The notes below the pieces were generated by a model. That model had not been told where the DNA came from. It did no database searches and saw only the letters and a list, made by a program, of their open reading frames with translations. A program made the translations under genes and the position numbers. This document shows, piece by piece, positions 1 through 14,545 of a stretch of DNA of 64,000 bases (its first letter is position 1; each line of letters opens with the position of its first letter). The stretch is taken from positions 5,344,791 through 5,408,790 of the forward strand of contig CM082596.2 of assembly GCA_040954595.2 (NCBI GenBank), written 5' to 3'. Source of the DNA: Balanoglossus misakiensis (lineage: Eukaryota; Animalia; Hemichordata).

Positions 1-321
1 CTATTACATCACAGCGTGTGTCCACAGTAAACAATGAGTTCACCTCAACAATCGGAGATGTAGGTAAAATACACGTCTGGATCTTTCTTAAATTGCCTGC
101 GTGTATTTGTACAGGCTGAGTCCTTTTCATGCCTTCATTCCATGAGTCAAGCAGTCGAGCATGAGTCAGTATAGTCGTACCGACAGTTTACGGTGCAATG
201 GGGCAACGTCCAACAACGATTACGATACGCTTTTACGAAGGTTGACGACCATAATCAGAGCTAGACCCCGGACTACGAATTACAGAAAGACACAAAAAGC
301 CACACTGAGATCTGACAATAC

Positions 322-369
322 CTTTCGCTGGGGCTGGGGCTTCTCGGCCTCTGCGCTCTGCGGCTCCAT
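322..369 (-). CDS. Possible alternative first coding exon of gene A (MEPQSAEAEKPQPQRK)
   Basis: Good Kozak context (GCC ATG G), GC-rich codons and donor AAG|GTATTG. It ends in phase 0, like the 2171 exon, and lies in a locally CpG-rich patch. Confidence 0.4.
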
Positions 370-2170
370 GGCTTGCCTCACGCCGAACCTCTTAAACAGA
401 CTGAGACACAGACATTTGAAATCCAACGGCAGAGTGTCATACTGTATGATGGTGCCGGTCGAGGGTCGATCCATGAGTTACCTATTGCCAGTGTAAATTA
501 ACCCCGCGCTTCATTATACAACGGGCTCATTATCTCGATATATATATAACAATGCTATCTTCTCAAGGGGAGCAGCAATCGGCCGTCATCATCAGATTAC
601 CATGGCAACGATTTATCCAGATCCCAAGCAGGGGTCCCAGCTGCAGCTAACTGTCCAGGTAGTGCAAAGACACTACAGCCACTTCGACCACACGCATGTA
701 AAATCCCTGTGTAAAATCCAGGCAGCCAGCAGGACGAGTGCATCGGATGATTTTTAACAGATGCATCACGTGACTTAAATTACAAATCAGTGGCCCCAGG
801 GAATTGAATCATATTGCAGTCGTGAGCTGCTGAGGTGTGCTCATGTGCTGATTACAGCTGCCTCAGTCTTACGACAAAATATGCAATTACATCCATTGAA
901 TATCAATTGATGTCATATTCTCGTTACCTATACATTGCCCATTTCTTAATCAATAATTGAAGACATTGAGAGATGTAGGGAGTACTGAAAGATTGAGTGA
1001 CCACTGCACAAGTTTAAAAATATGACCTATATTATAATTTAACTAATTCACACTTTATATTTTCATCGGGCAATAGTGAAACTGCATTTGAATGTATATC
1101 TGTTGCATATGAAAATATCTTGAATACATGTATGCGTGACAGGAACACATGTATCCTAGCAGTGAAGACTGACTTCATCATCACCTCATATCATTATATG
1201 ACATAAATCCTGAGGCTATACACAGTGCTGAGAGCTGTCCCTGATTATGCTGATATCCCTTTCCTTGGTTTGACACATTCAGCTTCCTGCAGTAAATTTG
1301 TTTTTTATTCCTACACTTCAGAAGGAAATTTCTCATTATCATTCTAAGCTTGTATCTGTAATTCAGTCTGTCAGTGTTCAGCATGCAATGCACATCTGAC
1401 GAACAACAGACAGAATGTGTTAATTATACAAAAAATGTCAGTACTCCTGGCCTGCGCAGACTGTCTGCATTGTTCTGCATTGCAAGCATTTCCATGTAAA
1501 AGCTATCTTCCATTTGTCACCTGAGCCATTAGAGTCTTGTGAATTAATTTCTTTGATTCTGTTTCCAGCAGACGCATAAGGAACGCCGTGCTACAAGGCC
1601 TCCTGACTCTGTGCATGTGACTATTATCATTGTATTGATCACTGTTATCAATGAAGTAATTTAGGACACATATGGTCTGCAGTTGAATTCAATATTCAGT
1701 TCTTTTCATGAGTGTTTCTTGTTTTTTAGAGTTTGTGAAATATGCTTGTCAACCCGACTGGTGACATATAAGTAGGGAACTGATAGCAATTACCTTCTGC
1801 GTAGGAAGCCGTGATTGAGATTGAATTTTGATGACATAATAGATAAAGTGGCTGGATCTCCAATTTCATGAAATACGTTCCACTCAGTCAGTTTCCGTTG
1901 CTCTGGATAAGTATCCATTAAATATGTAGCATTCTATATCCATTTTTCACAGCCAAAACATTCGGCCAGGCAATATTGCCAACTTGGATAGTGTATGGAA
2001 GCGTTTCAAATGTTTCTGAATGTTTTCCAAACCCATTAGGAGGAATACAATTATGAAAACAGCGGGAGGCAGGAGAATTCACACCATATTGACAAGAAAT
2101 GGATCTTTTCAACATGTCATTAATACTAATACATGCAGATCAGATGACTTCGGATGCTACAAGCCCTTAC

Positions 2171-2353
2171 CTGAAACTCTGGCAAGGAGGCACTCTTCTT
2201 CATCTCGCTTTTCAGTAGTAATGCTCTCTTTTCCTTGATGCCTTTGCCCTGAAACACTGCATTGGACTGCTGCTGCTGCTGCTGGTTCACTTTATTGCTT
2301 GGTTTGGGAGGTTTTGCTAATACTATCTTATCATCTTCGCCATTGGTATGCAT
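2171..2353 (-). CDS. First coding exon of an unidentified gene (gene A) that continues off the left edge of the window
   Basis: Acceptor TTCTCTGTTCCATTTCAG precedes 2372 and donor CAG|GTAAGG follows 2171. An in-frame TAG just upstream of the ATG at 2353 marks the start. The 61 codons read MHTNGEDDKIVLAKPPKPSNKVNQQQQQQ...MKKSASLPEFQ, ending in phase 0. No recognisable domain. Confidence 0.65.
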
Positions 2354-4224
2354 TTCTTTCACCAGTAACTACCTGAAATGGAACAGAGAAATACGTCCAT
2401 TGAGATTGGTGGTTGACTTGAAGTATAACATTCAATTGAAACTGCTATTACCGGTACTTTTGTTAACAAGTTTTCTTAGGGTACACAATCATGATAAATT
2501 TTAATTTATCAAAATGGATAAAACCACACTCTCCAGACACATGGATATTTGAAATCATTGCTTGGGCAGTGAAAGTTCATTGTTCTACTCAAAGACTTAA
2601 AATAGCATTTTATGGTTTTACCACTTTATTGTTGATCGTTAAACTTAAGCATTTAAGTGCCGAACAAATAAATGTTGATGTAGGGTACAAATGTAACCTG
2701 ACAAGTGCAGATTCCTGCTAGACAGTAGATGTACATGCTAAACATAATCTCGAGGAGTCCCAAATATAGCGTCAAGTATTCATGTATAGAGTTGAAGCAA
2801 CTCAGAGATAAACACTGCCCTGAGAGTATCGGCAAAGTTGGACTGTAAGGTTTGCACCTGAGCAAAGTTCATGTAGATTTAGCTGAGATAAGTGGGTGTC
2901 CATGCTGGAAAATTTTCCAAAAAGGTAATATCACTGAATTATTCAGGAAATGGTGAAATTACCATTTGCTCTAAAGCTACCACACCCTCCAGGTGAGCTT
3001 GTGACACGCCTCCAACTTTCATCAGGCTTGCCTACGCCAGGCTAGCTCAAACCCTAACATACAGGTGAGCCTACTTATAGCTCATTATATACAAGAACAT
3101 GTGTATAGCTTGTGGGCAGAATATGCACTGTTTGAACATGGTAACGACATATCAGACTTGTCTGGGCAAGACTGAAGTTTGAAACCACTACATTCCCCCT
3201 AGCCTTAATTGTCCAAGACTTGGTAGTTCTAGCAACTGTATGTGATACATGTCTGAAGTACTAAGTGTGTTTTCAGAAAGATATTTTTAAGGTTAAAGAA
3301 GAACCATGAATGTGAGTCAGAGTTTTACTATTTGCATTTCACAACTCCTGAAACATCAAACAGAAACCTGTTGGATGCATATGTACTACCACTATGCAAT
3401 GACGCCTCTGCAAACACTACTGCCACACCTGCGAGACACACATGAGTCACACTTCGCACCCAGTTGAACCTTCAGCATCTGTTTACCTTTTCATAGACTG
3501 TACACAAATCCAGTGTTCCTGACATGCCATACTAAAGTTCAGGCTATTAGTCTAATCAGGCGTACTGAACCTATAAATCTAGAATGTAAGAAACCAGTGT
3601 CTTTAAAGGTTCTGCAATCTTGTACCATGATACTTGACAGTACCAGAGACCTGCTAAGAAATTTGGCCTACATACATGAATGTTATTCCACAGTATAGTA
3701 TACAATGTACGCTTCGACATAATTCACAATCAATAAACTTAGAAAAACGAATAATATGCCTTACCATGTACATTTCCTCTATGTTGAAAAACAGACGCTG
3801 GCAGGTGTACACCACCCTTCGGTCAATTAAGTTCAAAACAGCCTACACAACTGTAATATACTATAATACCACTGTAAAAGGCATCAGACTCTATAGCAAA
3901 TATACATGTACCGGTATGTGCCAGCCAGTGTGAGCTATCCACTGGGCGGCTGTCATGACAACGACGCATCCATCATGCATAAAAATTTAATGTTATTTGT
4001 GTAAGGCTGACAGAAGTGCTATGATGCATCAGTGTTCGGTAAACTCAATCAGTGCTCACACATGCCATCAGTATTTCATAATCAAATAGCTGTGCCACTG
4101 TGCTTTGACATGGGTGCGGTCAGGTTGTGGTGGCTACTGTTTTGAACAAAAACACAGTCGATTAATTGTGCACAATTCAACTTTTATCATACTATGAAAT
4201 TACTGCGGGGTTTTAATCACTAAG

Positions 4225-5039
4225 ATGCATGTACCAACTTTGTATTTTTTCTATAGTTCAACACAGCAGTAAATGAAAATACTGTGCATCGTTACATTTA
4301 GACAGGCGTTCTTTTTGTGTCACTCAAACGTGTGCTTCAACTCCCAGGAATGTCCCCATACATCACTGAGAAGTATTTACACAACACATGCATGTACCAA
4401 CTTTGTATTTTTTCTATAGTTCAACACAGCAGTAAATGAAAATACTGTGCATCGTTACATTTAGACAGGCGTTCTTTTTGTGTCACTCAAACGTGTGCTT
4501 CAACTCCCAGGAATGTCCCCATACATCACTGAGAAGTATTTACACAACACATGCATGTACCAACTTTGTATTTTTTCTATAGTTCAACACAGCAGTAAAT
4601 GAAAATACTGTGCATCGTTACATTTAGACAGGCGTTCTTTTTGTGTCACTCAAACGTGTGCTTCAACTCCCAGGAATGTCCCCATACATCACTGAGAAGT
4701 ATTTACACAACACATGCATGTACCAACTTTGTATTTTTTCTATAGTTCAACACAGCAGTAAATGAAAATACTGTGCATCGTTACATTTAGACAGGCGTTC
4801 TTTTTGTGTCACTCAAACGTGTGCTTCAACTCCCAGGAATGTCCCCATACATCACTGAGAAGTATTTACACAACACATGCATGTACCAACTTTGTATTTT
4901 TTCTATAGTTCAACACAGCAGTAAATGAAAATACTGTGCATCGTTACATTTAGACAGGCGTTCTTTTTGTGTCACTCAAAAGTGTGCTTCAACTCCCAGG
5001 AATGTCCCCATACATCACTGAGAAGTATTTACACAACAC
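4225..5039. repeat. Tandem repeat of five 163-bp units in intron 1 of gene A
   Basis: GTACCAACTTTG recurs at 4231, 4394, 4557, 4720 and 4883, a period of 163. The copies look identical except one C>A change in the last unit (cactcaaaAgtg). Confidence 0.95.
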
Positions 5040-8000
5040 GTCATATTTACAAGCAGGGCCACACCAAAGATGTAAATCATACCACTGGAGTACGCGTTAT
5101 TACACCTGCCAAGTAGAGAGAGGGTGGTGGCAGAGCCACTGTATCTGCTCGGGGCATGCATTCTGATACAAACCCAGGAATGTCGCCAAAGCCACTTTCT
5201 CTTTGATTTACTGCAGCTGTTGCCCGAGGTCAGTGAATGTACATGGAAGGGGAATTTGGCCGACATGTCCCCGGGAACTCCTGGTATGGCTGGGATTACA
5301 CGTAATCATATACATAAACATTAAACATTATCAAATGCTACCATCACGATTGCCCCTCATTAACAATTATTTATGGAACCAGCTTCAAAGGTATGTATAA
5401 GAATGTGAATAAATCTATATTTTCGACCACTGAGGGCGCAGTGCAACACAACAAGTTGACATGTATCAACGTCTCCATTTCCATGGGAACAAGATCACAT
5501 CCTCTGGTGTGTTACAAAGAATTTCCTCTCAGCTTCCTGTATCTTAGGACTTCGTCTAAATTTAAGATTGCACGCCTTTCACTTTCAGTCAAAACTGTTT
5601 ATTTTCATGACCTTGAGTGACCTTCCACAATGGTACATGTATTTCTGTAGGTTACAGCATGCAAATAGTAATTTGGCATGCCTATATTCTCTTCGCAGCA
5701 TGATTCACATCTGGCTGCTGACTTTGCCATGAAACTCAGGGCTAATTCTGAACTAATGATACTGCCATTAAGACATGCTGGGTTCGGAACAGTGGCCAAT
5801 TAAACTGAACTTCTTATTTAGTACTGATTGCCCCATACTTGTACTATTATACCTGGAATATCAAGTTTCATCAGAATGGTTAATGAACTTCCCTCGTACA
5901 AGTATATCTCATCATAGAATAAGAACAGCACGAGAAATTGCAACTGTGAGATATATTAAGATGAGAAAAACATCACCAGTGATTCTATGAAATTATCCAC
6001 GTAACGTTATGATCATAGTGGATAGACACATACATGTACATACGTATGTACACATACATACACGTACAATAGATTTATTTCTCACTTTCAAAAGATTCAT
6101 CACCTATCATATCACACAATTGATTTCAGTATATTTCATCACAATAGTCGCTTTCCTTTCCATCAGATCAATAAATGATATTGACGTGCACTAAAAAGGT
6201 GCATGTATAATGGACAATAACAATTTCAATTGACCTACATGTGTGACTTGTGAAATATACATAAGCGTCAGTTGCAGGAAATCTATTAAAATGGGTCAGA
6301 TGGCGTAAAGAATGTGAAATTGTACACTTTAGTAAGTCCTCTGAGTCAACAGGGTCAAATTTATATGAACTATACTGCCGGTACGCTTGATATTAAAACT
6401 GATACCCTGCATCCACTGGGAAAGCAAAACATCAGTGATAAAATGATCTGAGTACATGTATGCGTGAAATAAACGGAGGGCTTCCAATGGGTAGTGCGTG
6501 CTAGTCAAATGTCAGAGTCGTGAATGTAGTCTTTACTGTCTAAATATAACAATCCATTTCAGTACTGCTATTGCCTTTTCACGAATTCTTCCCAAAGGAA
6601 ATGTTTACAAGCTGTAAACCGAGGGAGGAAAAGTGATGGTTCAGCATTTTTTTTTCTAGCAGTACTGTTTAATGACATCGCCAAATTACAAATGTAAACA
6701 TGAGACTGCACTGCTTGCAACGGCCAGTAATCACACAAATTGTCCAATATGTGCATTCCTACTGTACACGTCACATTATTTTACAATTTCAAAATATATT
6801 TTTATACTTTCAGTTTCAGAACCTGAGAATGTTTACTCTCCAGATTTTACTTCAGTGAAAGCTGCAATTTGGATCAGCTATTATGACAGGAAATGTATGT
6901 GAATTAAAAACGCTTTCATGTTATGTAACTTATCTACTTCTACATTTATCTTTTAATATTCATATAGTTTCTGTTTATATACAGTATGTGTGTACATCTG
7001 ACCACTTTGTTTTACCAGAAAATTGACATAATACATTTACTTAAATCTAATGATGACGGATCAGCCCCTGCATTAACAATATTGGGAAGCATGATTTGGG
7101 TCAACTATATGCAAGATGAAAATCGAAATCAATTAATGAGAACAGTCATGCGCTGTATTCCACGTCAAATTGTTCAATATATATCTGATAATTGGGACAG
7201 GTAGCCAAGAAACTGCTGAGCTGACCTTTATTAATTAAAATTCTATCAATCAAAACCAATTTATGGAATTTCCAATTGTCATACATTATGTAATTTTGAT
7301 TAGATTAATGTACTTGTGTACTTCCTTCAAATCCAATTCCCTTGTATACTGCAATGTCTATTGTGAACAGAATTCTCCAACAATCTTTTCCTTTTAATCC
7401 GTCAAACACGATTCTTGCATTAGGATTATCAATTATTAACTTCATCTTCCCTTCGGTGACAGAAATTCAAATCAATGGATCTTCTTTCAGTGCGATGTAG
7501 CTAGTTTTGATTTCGGTTTATGACAGAAAATATGATCTTCTTGTGGTATACTGCAACAGGAGAAGGAATGGCTTCCACAAGAGCAGTGATCCATGTACTT
7601 TACGAAAAAGATTAGAACTAACACATGTGTGAAGAGCTGACATAGACGACACACTGTAAGATGCCACACTTTCAGAACGTATGTCACTCCTGCAACTGCA
7701 TTGGCAGACAGCAGACTTCCCAGTTCCCTTCAGAAATACATGTATTTGATTTGACTACAGATAATAACACTGAAGTACCAGTAATATGAATAACAAGGAG
7801 AATTTTAAAATGAAGAAAAACCTTGAAAATGATATGTTTTTCTGCAGGACTAACAGCTGTTGCACTTTTATCTAAAACCCGCTATTATTTGTTTTAATCT
7901 CTCCTTTCAGATATTTCTGTCCAATTGAAAATGCATCAATTCTCCATTCAAGGTAATTTCCGTTACATGGTCACTTGTGGCTATTTTCAGCACTAGCTCT

Positions 8001-11000
8001 GGCCCTTCCAACAGCAAGGTCAAATTTATTTGCATCACTTTTTTTATATTCCAAAACACTGAAATACGCAACATGGCCCTACAGTACTATTGCATCTTCT
8101 TGCCTTAGACTCATTTCAGCCTTGCTACAGGGGTACATAGGCAACCCAAGGCTTGCCTCTGGCCAATTAACACAGACAGGTGAAACTATCCACAATCCCA
8201 TAATCTCCAAAGGGGAACTATTAACACCAAATTGTGAAAATGTAAATTCTGTGACCATGACAACTACCAAACACACAGACAGATTAGACACCGTATCAAA
8301 ACAGTAATTTCTGAAGTTACAGGAAACGTACACCAAAACAGCTTTGTCTCCTTGACTATGAATGTATTTCAATCGGACTCCTTGGGTTTATTCCCCAAAT
8401 AGGATGTGTTGCAAAGGCGTGTGCTGTCAGATTGTGATGTTTCATGCAATTATTGGTCAATCCCTGGGACTTACTGTTTCCACAAACTTTCAGCCTGCGT
8501 GCATGAGCAGCCACAGACCACTTTCAAAACGCTTCAGGCATCAGTTTTCACGTCTCTTTCTTATCCATATCACATAGCAACAGATGGATATGGCAACTTA
8601 GACCAGCCCACTGCAGCTGTCTGTTTCCACAAATGCCTGTATGCACGAATCTAGCATAGATACTAGGCTAACACACTACAAGCATATCATGTGTTTATGG
8701 ACTGGCATATCACGACAAAGATGTATGAGTTACATCACAGTACCATCCAACCCCAAGTCCTCAAGGAAACAGACATTCAGGGGCCGCTCATTTTACATTT
8801 AATAACAAAACTCATGAGCCCATACAAATTTCTATAAACTGACTGAGACTGATACATGTATGTTTTGCTATACAATACGACACAGTCTAAAATATTATGC
8901 AGTCAAACTTCACTCTATCTTGATAATTTAAAATTGGCAGTATCAGATGCACAGGACACAGATGGCTGGTCTGTTGCCTGGTGTCACATACACATATATA
9001 TCTATAAACTCATCTCTGTGCATTATGAGAGGCCTGGGGGCGTACAGGATACTGGATATTGGAAATTGTCAGCACGGGGTTTCAAGACTGTAGAGACATC
9101 AGTGAGAGAGAATGCGAGTGTTATCTGATACCAGGCGAGCGTTCGAGTGTTGAAATAATATTTCAATATTAATGTAAGTGGTAAAATAAGTAGAAACTGC
9201 TTGACAACATGCAGTTTCCACTTGATAGAGCACACATAGTCTTGAGACAAAGTCATACTTGAATAGAATACAAGAAAAAATTAATTTGTCAGTGGAAATT
9301 GGTGATACAATTGCCTGAGTAGGTTATCAAGTTGATAGGTTCATGTATGAAGCAATCAGGTTTAATTAAAAGATGTTATCGAGTAAAATATTATCAAGTA
9401 TATGCCAGGCGGTAATTAATTATCTCCAGAGTCATGAGTATGTTCCATTCACATTCTGCCAACCGTGCCTCATAAAAACATACACCCCATCCCTGTATGT
9501 GTGTATGTACATGTATAAGATGCAACACCATTGGAAAAAGTATTAAGGTCACATGAAGGAACAAGTAAACAGGCAATACAAAGCGGAACACAGTTCAACA
9601 ACTTCAATTTTATAGTCTAATTACCACTTCACTACAATTTTATTACATTATCAAGCCCCTGTAATTAACGTTACACTAACCAGGTCAGTATCAGGAGATC
9701 TGCCTTTGCAAGACTTTACTGATGTACAGTATGTGCAAAAAGAATAGACACCACAATCTGACACACAAATATGCAGCTAAACCTCTCTTATCCTTATTGT
9801 AACAAGAAGTGATGATTATGTTATATTAAATGGCATATTGAAATTTCATGTGGTATTCAATAGACAGGATTCTCATAATACCCTGGGATTCTGTTATGTA
9901 TATTAAATTTATGGAACAAATTACAGTGTTATACAATACAGTAGAATTCATGCAATGTACGTGTAAATGTACAATATACTTGGAGCAGAGTGTAAGACAT
10001 TTGGCTTTTTTATAACTAGGAATAATTCCAATTTCAGAATAGTTTCAGGTCTATGAGGTCAAAATTGCCATTTTCAGTAGTTCAATTAAGTATGATCTTG
10101 CTCCAGTTCTAAACCTCGTTAAAACGGCCATTCTTTTCCAAAAAGTAGCATAGTTAATAAAATCCAAATTTGCTCAATCAATTTACGGGCATTTCCAGGA
10201 AGACATATATCATTTTTCGAGGACTTTCAAGGACTGGGGAATGTCCGTACTCACGAACGACGAAATTTACATTTTTATGTCACACACAATTTATGTCACA
10301 AGTCATGGTTTAATCTAGGAATCATTTTTTAAAAATCCCTCCTGTAAATTTCCTAGTCTACTTCAGATTGCCGAAAGCATGTGCATACACGTACAACATT
10401 ATTGTTCGAAAATGCCCAATCTGTGTTATAAGATGGGCCAGTTTGTTAGTCATATCACAGACTCCTGCAATATCTGATATATTTACAAAGATTCACTATA
10501 CACAACAGCCCCAAGCTTTACTTAGTCATTTTACATGCCAGTGAAATCTAAGTGATATTGCTGATCGAAGTCTACCACTGACCTTGCCAGCAGCCACTGG
10601 AAGTAAGCATAACAACATCCCCAATAAAAAAATGCCAATAAATATCCGTGACACTACCAATGCTGCCTGAGGAATTATGTTGCTTATGCATATACACGCA
10701 CTTAAAATATTGCACCATAATATAAAATTTCATAAAGGTGAGCCATCTCAAACTGTTACAGAAAACTGAGACTTCAGCTGGAAGAGAAAAAAAAACACCT
10801 CTGTGCAGATGTGTACTCGTTTGATAAATACACGCAGCTTTGTTCAATAAAATTGGGGACAATGACATGTAGGTTGCACTGTATAAGGTCAGAACTTCAA
10901 AGTAGGCAAATCCCCGAATCCGATGCTTGAATTCAGGGATGATGAAGATGATGGCCATCATCATCATTATCGTGTCATTTCAGTTGAATAGATGAGTGAC

Positions 11001-13875
11001 GACATTTGCATTAATAATACATTGCACTACCATTCAACTTTTGATCAGCAGAAAACCCAATTATTTCAATAATTAGGGGATGTAATACATACATTTAAGC
11101 TGATAAAATATTACTGAGTTGGGCTGATATGAAATGTCATACTAAATCACGGTTTCTCCCACGCCTCAATTATATTCTGGCAGCTGCTTCAAGAAGACAG
11201 TATTTTGTAAAGAGCTCCAGTCAAACAATTGATTTTTGGAGTTTCCCAACCCTAAAAGCCACAGACCTGTACACGTAACCATGGCAAACACAGACATATA
11301 CCACAAAGTCAGCAAAATCCCACGCACCATCTCCAGCTGTGAAATATAGGTTGTGTGCACCAACTCCTAATACTTGATGGGTTTTTATGTAAAGCAATCT
11401 TTCGCTTGAGAGACTTCCATAGAAAATAAAATAAAGTCCTAACCCTTCAGAGAACTCTCCACTTGCTTGGATGGTTTTGATTAAAAACCGCTTCCTAGGG
11501 GCGCCATAGCAACGGTCTCAGTAATGGAAAAATGGCAAAGCAACGGTTATCACCAAGGGAGCACTATAGTTTGAACCCCTGCTAACCCTGCTCGCTCAGC
11601 CATATAATTGTTTCGCCAAATTGAATCTAATCTTAGTTTTCGGGGGCACCGTGCTATAATCGGTTTCATCTGCTGTATTTAAACAGTATCATGTGTGTCG
11701 GCAAGCTCAGGACAAATGCTGAGAGAATGAAAATTTTGCCTCTGAGAAGCTTTTAAATGGGTGTGGGGAACCACAGAGGAGCAAGGGTGACGGCAGACGC
11801 ACCACTGGGATATGTTGAGATCAGACCAACGGTGTGCTATCTATGAAATTCAGAATAGGTGTGTTTCAATCTCTTGCCCCAACACTGTCCGGGACCATTA
11901 CATATCTGATTTCAATCACACTGCCCAGCAGCTGAAAATAACTCACTGTCGCGTTCGATTACTAACAAAAAATAGGCGCTCAACAGGAACAGAAACCGAG
12001 GGTTATAAATGGAATGTGTAAGTGATTTGCTGTGGTGATCGTGTCCGATTTGCAACCGATACCCTTATTGCAGATCCAATCATTGTACAACAGCACTAAT
12101 CAATCTGTGCAAATGCAGTAGTGTGCAAAGTTACACGTTAAGGAGAAATAGACAGGAGAAATAGACATATTACTGGTTTATCTGAATATGACAGAATAGC
12201 AGTCACAGCTGATAGGAAATATTGATTTTTGTTCCAACAGATCCTGTTTCATATCGATCAAGTTGAGTGCTTGATTAATTAACAAAGCCATAAACCTGTT
12301 TTGAGTAAAGTGAAGTTGCCATGACATTAGTTTAATAAATATCATTAGAATAGCTTATCTATCAGATTATGATGTCCATGTAACTGAAGAAATAAAACTT
12401 TCGATTCAATGTGATTGCTGAAGCGACTACCAAAGAAGCACACCCTTCAGAATCAAAACAATATGTATAATATTAATATGAGGTGGTAAATCCTTTACTT
12501 TGTAAACCTGAGTTGTATGATATTTGTGCACAGTGGACAAAATCATTGTTTGCAATGTGACTGGAGAGACCATCTTGGAGTGCAACTGAGAGCGTAGGCA
12601 CTAGGTGTCTAGAGTGAACAAACATATCCTGCTCTGAGGCAATCGTAAAAACAACAATGGCAACAAAGGATCCGAACGGCCATGACTTCTAGTCACTCAC
12701 AGTGGTGTCTGACGTGGATGTATGCAAAGGTACAGTATGTGACAAAGATTGTAAGAGCCGTCTTGCTTTTGTTGGGTGCCCAGTACGCGTATATCACGAT
12801 TCATGACTGACCTGATTGTAAAAATCTCAACCGCAAAACAGTCGTGTCATACCTAAGAAAACATGACCTAGTAGCAGTGCATGTTTATGTGGGATCAGTT
12901 CAACCAGTCTATGGTTGACATTCTTTTGTACAATCGCTCCCCGCCGTCTCATTTCTTCAATAGTTGTTTCTTTCATCACCATGTTTTGATCAATGAAACA
13001 AACAATGACGATAGTAAAAATGCCTCATAACTGTGTATCTTGATGGGCGTTCAAGAATTAACCATTGGACAGTTAAATTAAAATCTGTCTGCCACACACA
13101 CACCGGTGTCTCTGAAGACGTTTAAATTTGTGCACTTTGGCACTATTACATAAGTATAATAATTAATTATAAGTACTAAATTTTATCAAGAGAATAAGCT
13201 GATGTGAATTTCCTGTGCCGGTGAGAACGCATTTGTTTTGATTTCTTTTAATTTTAACGTTTACAAGCGAATGAAAATGTGTGGAGCGAACAGATACCCC
13301 CCCCCCCCTTCCGGTTGTGGTAGAGACCAAATGTTGGATTATGCCCGAATGGGTTTCCATGGCCAGTCTGAGTACTTGTTGCGTTGCTAAGGAAAGTTAC
13401 CGCACTGCAAGTTCACGATCAAGTATTCGGAGGTCGCTGTAAAGAACTGTTCTTATAACTCGGTCCACGGCACACGTAAAACCAGCGAGAAGACTGACGC
13501 CAGGCAGTGTGTACCTCCATGATCGGACACTTGGTGTCTCGGCCCTTGTGGGCGTGGTTTTGGCCAAAATCTGAACTCGCCCTTTCTTCAATCACAGCCC
13601 GGATCGACTGCCAAAATTTGGCATTTTACGCCAACAACAGGACTGTATCGACAGCGACAGTGCACGATCACGCAGAGGAACAGCGTAACTGCGTTCCTCT
13701 ACGTAAATCGCGGCCCCTTCCCACGCCATGTGCAGCCGTCAACATTGGAGTGGACCACGGTCTACCGTACGAGACTGCTTGTCTGTAGCAGTCGCCAGAA
13801 AGAATGTGGTCGTCAACAAATGGACGTCTGCTACATTTCACGCCAACTTTTGACGAGATACCAAACACTACTCAC

Positions 13876-14030
13876 CTGTTCGTGTGTACAACCTGGGCGA
13901 AGTTGTAGAATTAAGTATTTCCCCCGATCCTGGAGCTCAACTAAAACGCGAATAGCACGATCAGTCGGTACAATAAATCACAGTTTGTAAAGCAGAAATT
14001 CATTCAATCTGTTCCCCGTCAGCCATTATG
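13876..14030 (-). other. Non-coding first exon (5' UTR) of gene A
   Basis: Strong donor CAG|GTGAGT at 13876/13875 inside a CpG-rich island (~13390-14060), directly downstream of promoter motifs. It contains only short uORFs (e.g. MADGEQIE*). The TSS position is approximate. Confidence 0.5.
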
Positions 14031-14062
14031 TCGCTATGAATTCTGGGATAGGGGGCGGAGCC
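14020..14062 (-). promoter_or_regulatory. Housekeeping-type core promoter of gene A with GC box, ZNF143/Staf-like site and YY1-like motif
   Basis: GGGGGCGGAGC at 14051-14061. Minus-strand ATCCCAGAATTCATAGCG at 14032-14049 resembles the Staf/ZNF143 consensus. ATAATGGC (YY1-like) lies at ~14022-14029. Confidence 0.45.
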
Positions 14063-14475
14063 ATTACTAAAACTTTCTGAAGTTTGTGGAATGTTCTTTT
14101 GTTTTTGTAGTCAAAGGCTAATGAGTTTCAAGACAATAACCTTGTTGTCAGGTAAATATATGATGAGTGAGTGAATACCCTGGAAAGAAAAACGGACGCG
14201 TAGCAAAGCAAGAGGATATTGTTCGGACTTGGAGGCATAGGCAGGAACCATGGCAACGGGGAAGCTGCCTTCACTCTGCAGTCATGCACGTTTGACGTTT
14301 TCTTGCAACTGTTATACACCACAATCACACAATAATTTACTGTTTTATGATATCTAAAAACACGAAAACTTGCCCACCCAAAGATTTTACGATGCCCACA
14401 CTCACAGTCTCGTGGAGGGCTCCATGTACAGTACCAAAGAAACATTTCTCAGGATCACATACATCGCTTATTTGT

Positions 14476-14476
<1 letters not shown>

Positions 14477-14509
<33 letters not shown>

Positions 14510-14545
14510 CGCACACACACAAATAAACAAACACACACACACACA
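14477..14545. repeat. Compound (CT)n/(CA)n microsatellite
   Basis: Directly visible CT and CA dinucleotide runs between the DNAJC10 3' end and the gene A promoter. Confidence 0.85.

Noticed and set aside
1794-1837. Possible extra first exon of gene A (MSSKFNLNHGFLRR, donor AG|GTAATT)
   Set aside because: It ends in phase 2, which is incompatible with the phase-0 exons at 2171 and 322, and has no other support.
4225-5039. CRISPR-like array or coding repeat
   Set aside because: The units are contiguous and identical with no unique spacers, the context is eukaryotic, and the unit length is not a multiple of 3 and contains stops.
5040-13390. Many short ORFs (60-130 aa) in the supplied track
   Set aside because: They show no domain similarity or consistent splice sites and sit in AT-rich sequence, consistent with chance ORFs in intron 1 of gene A.
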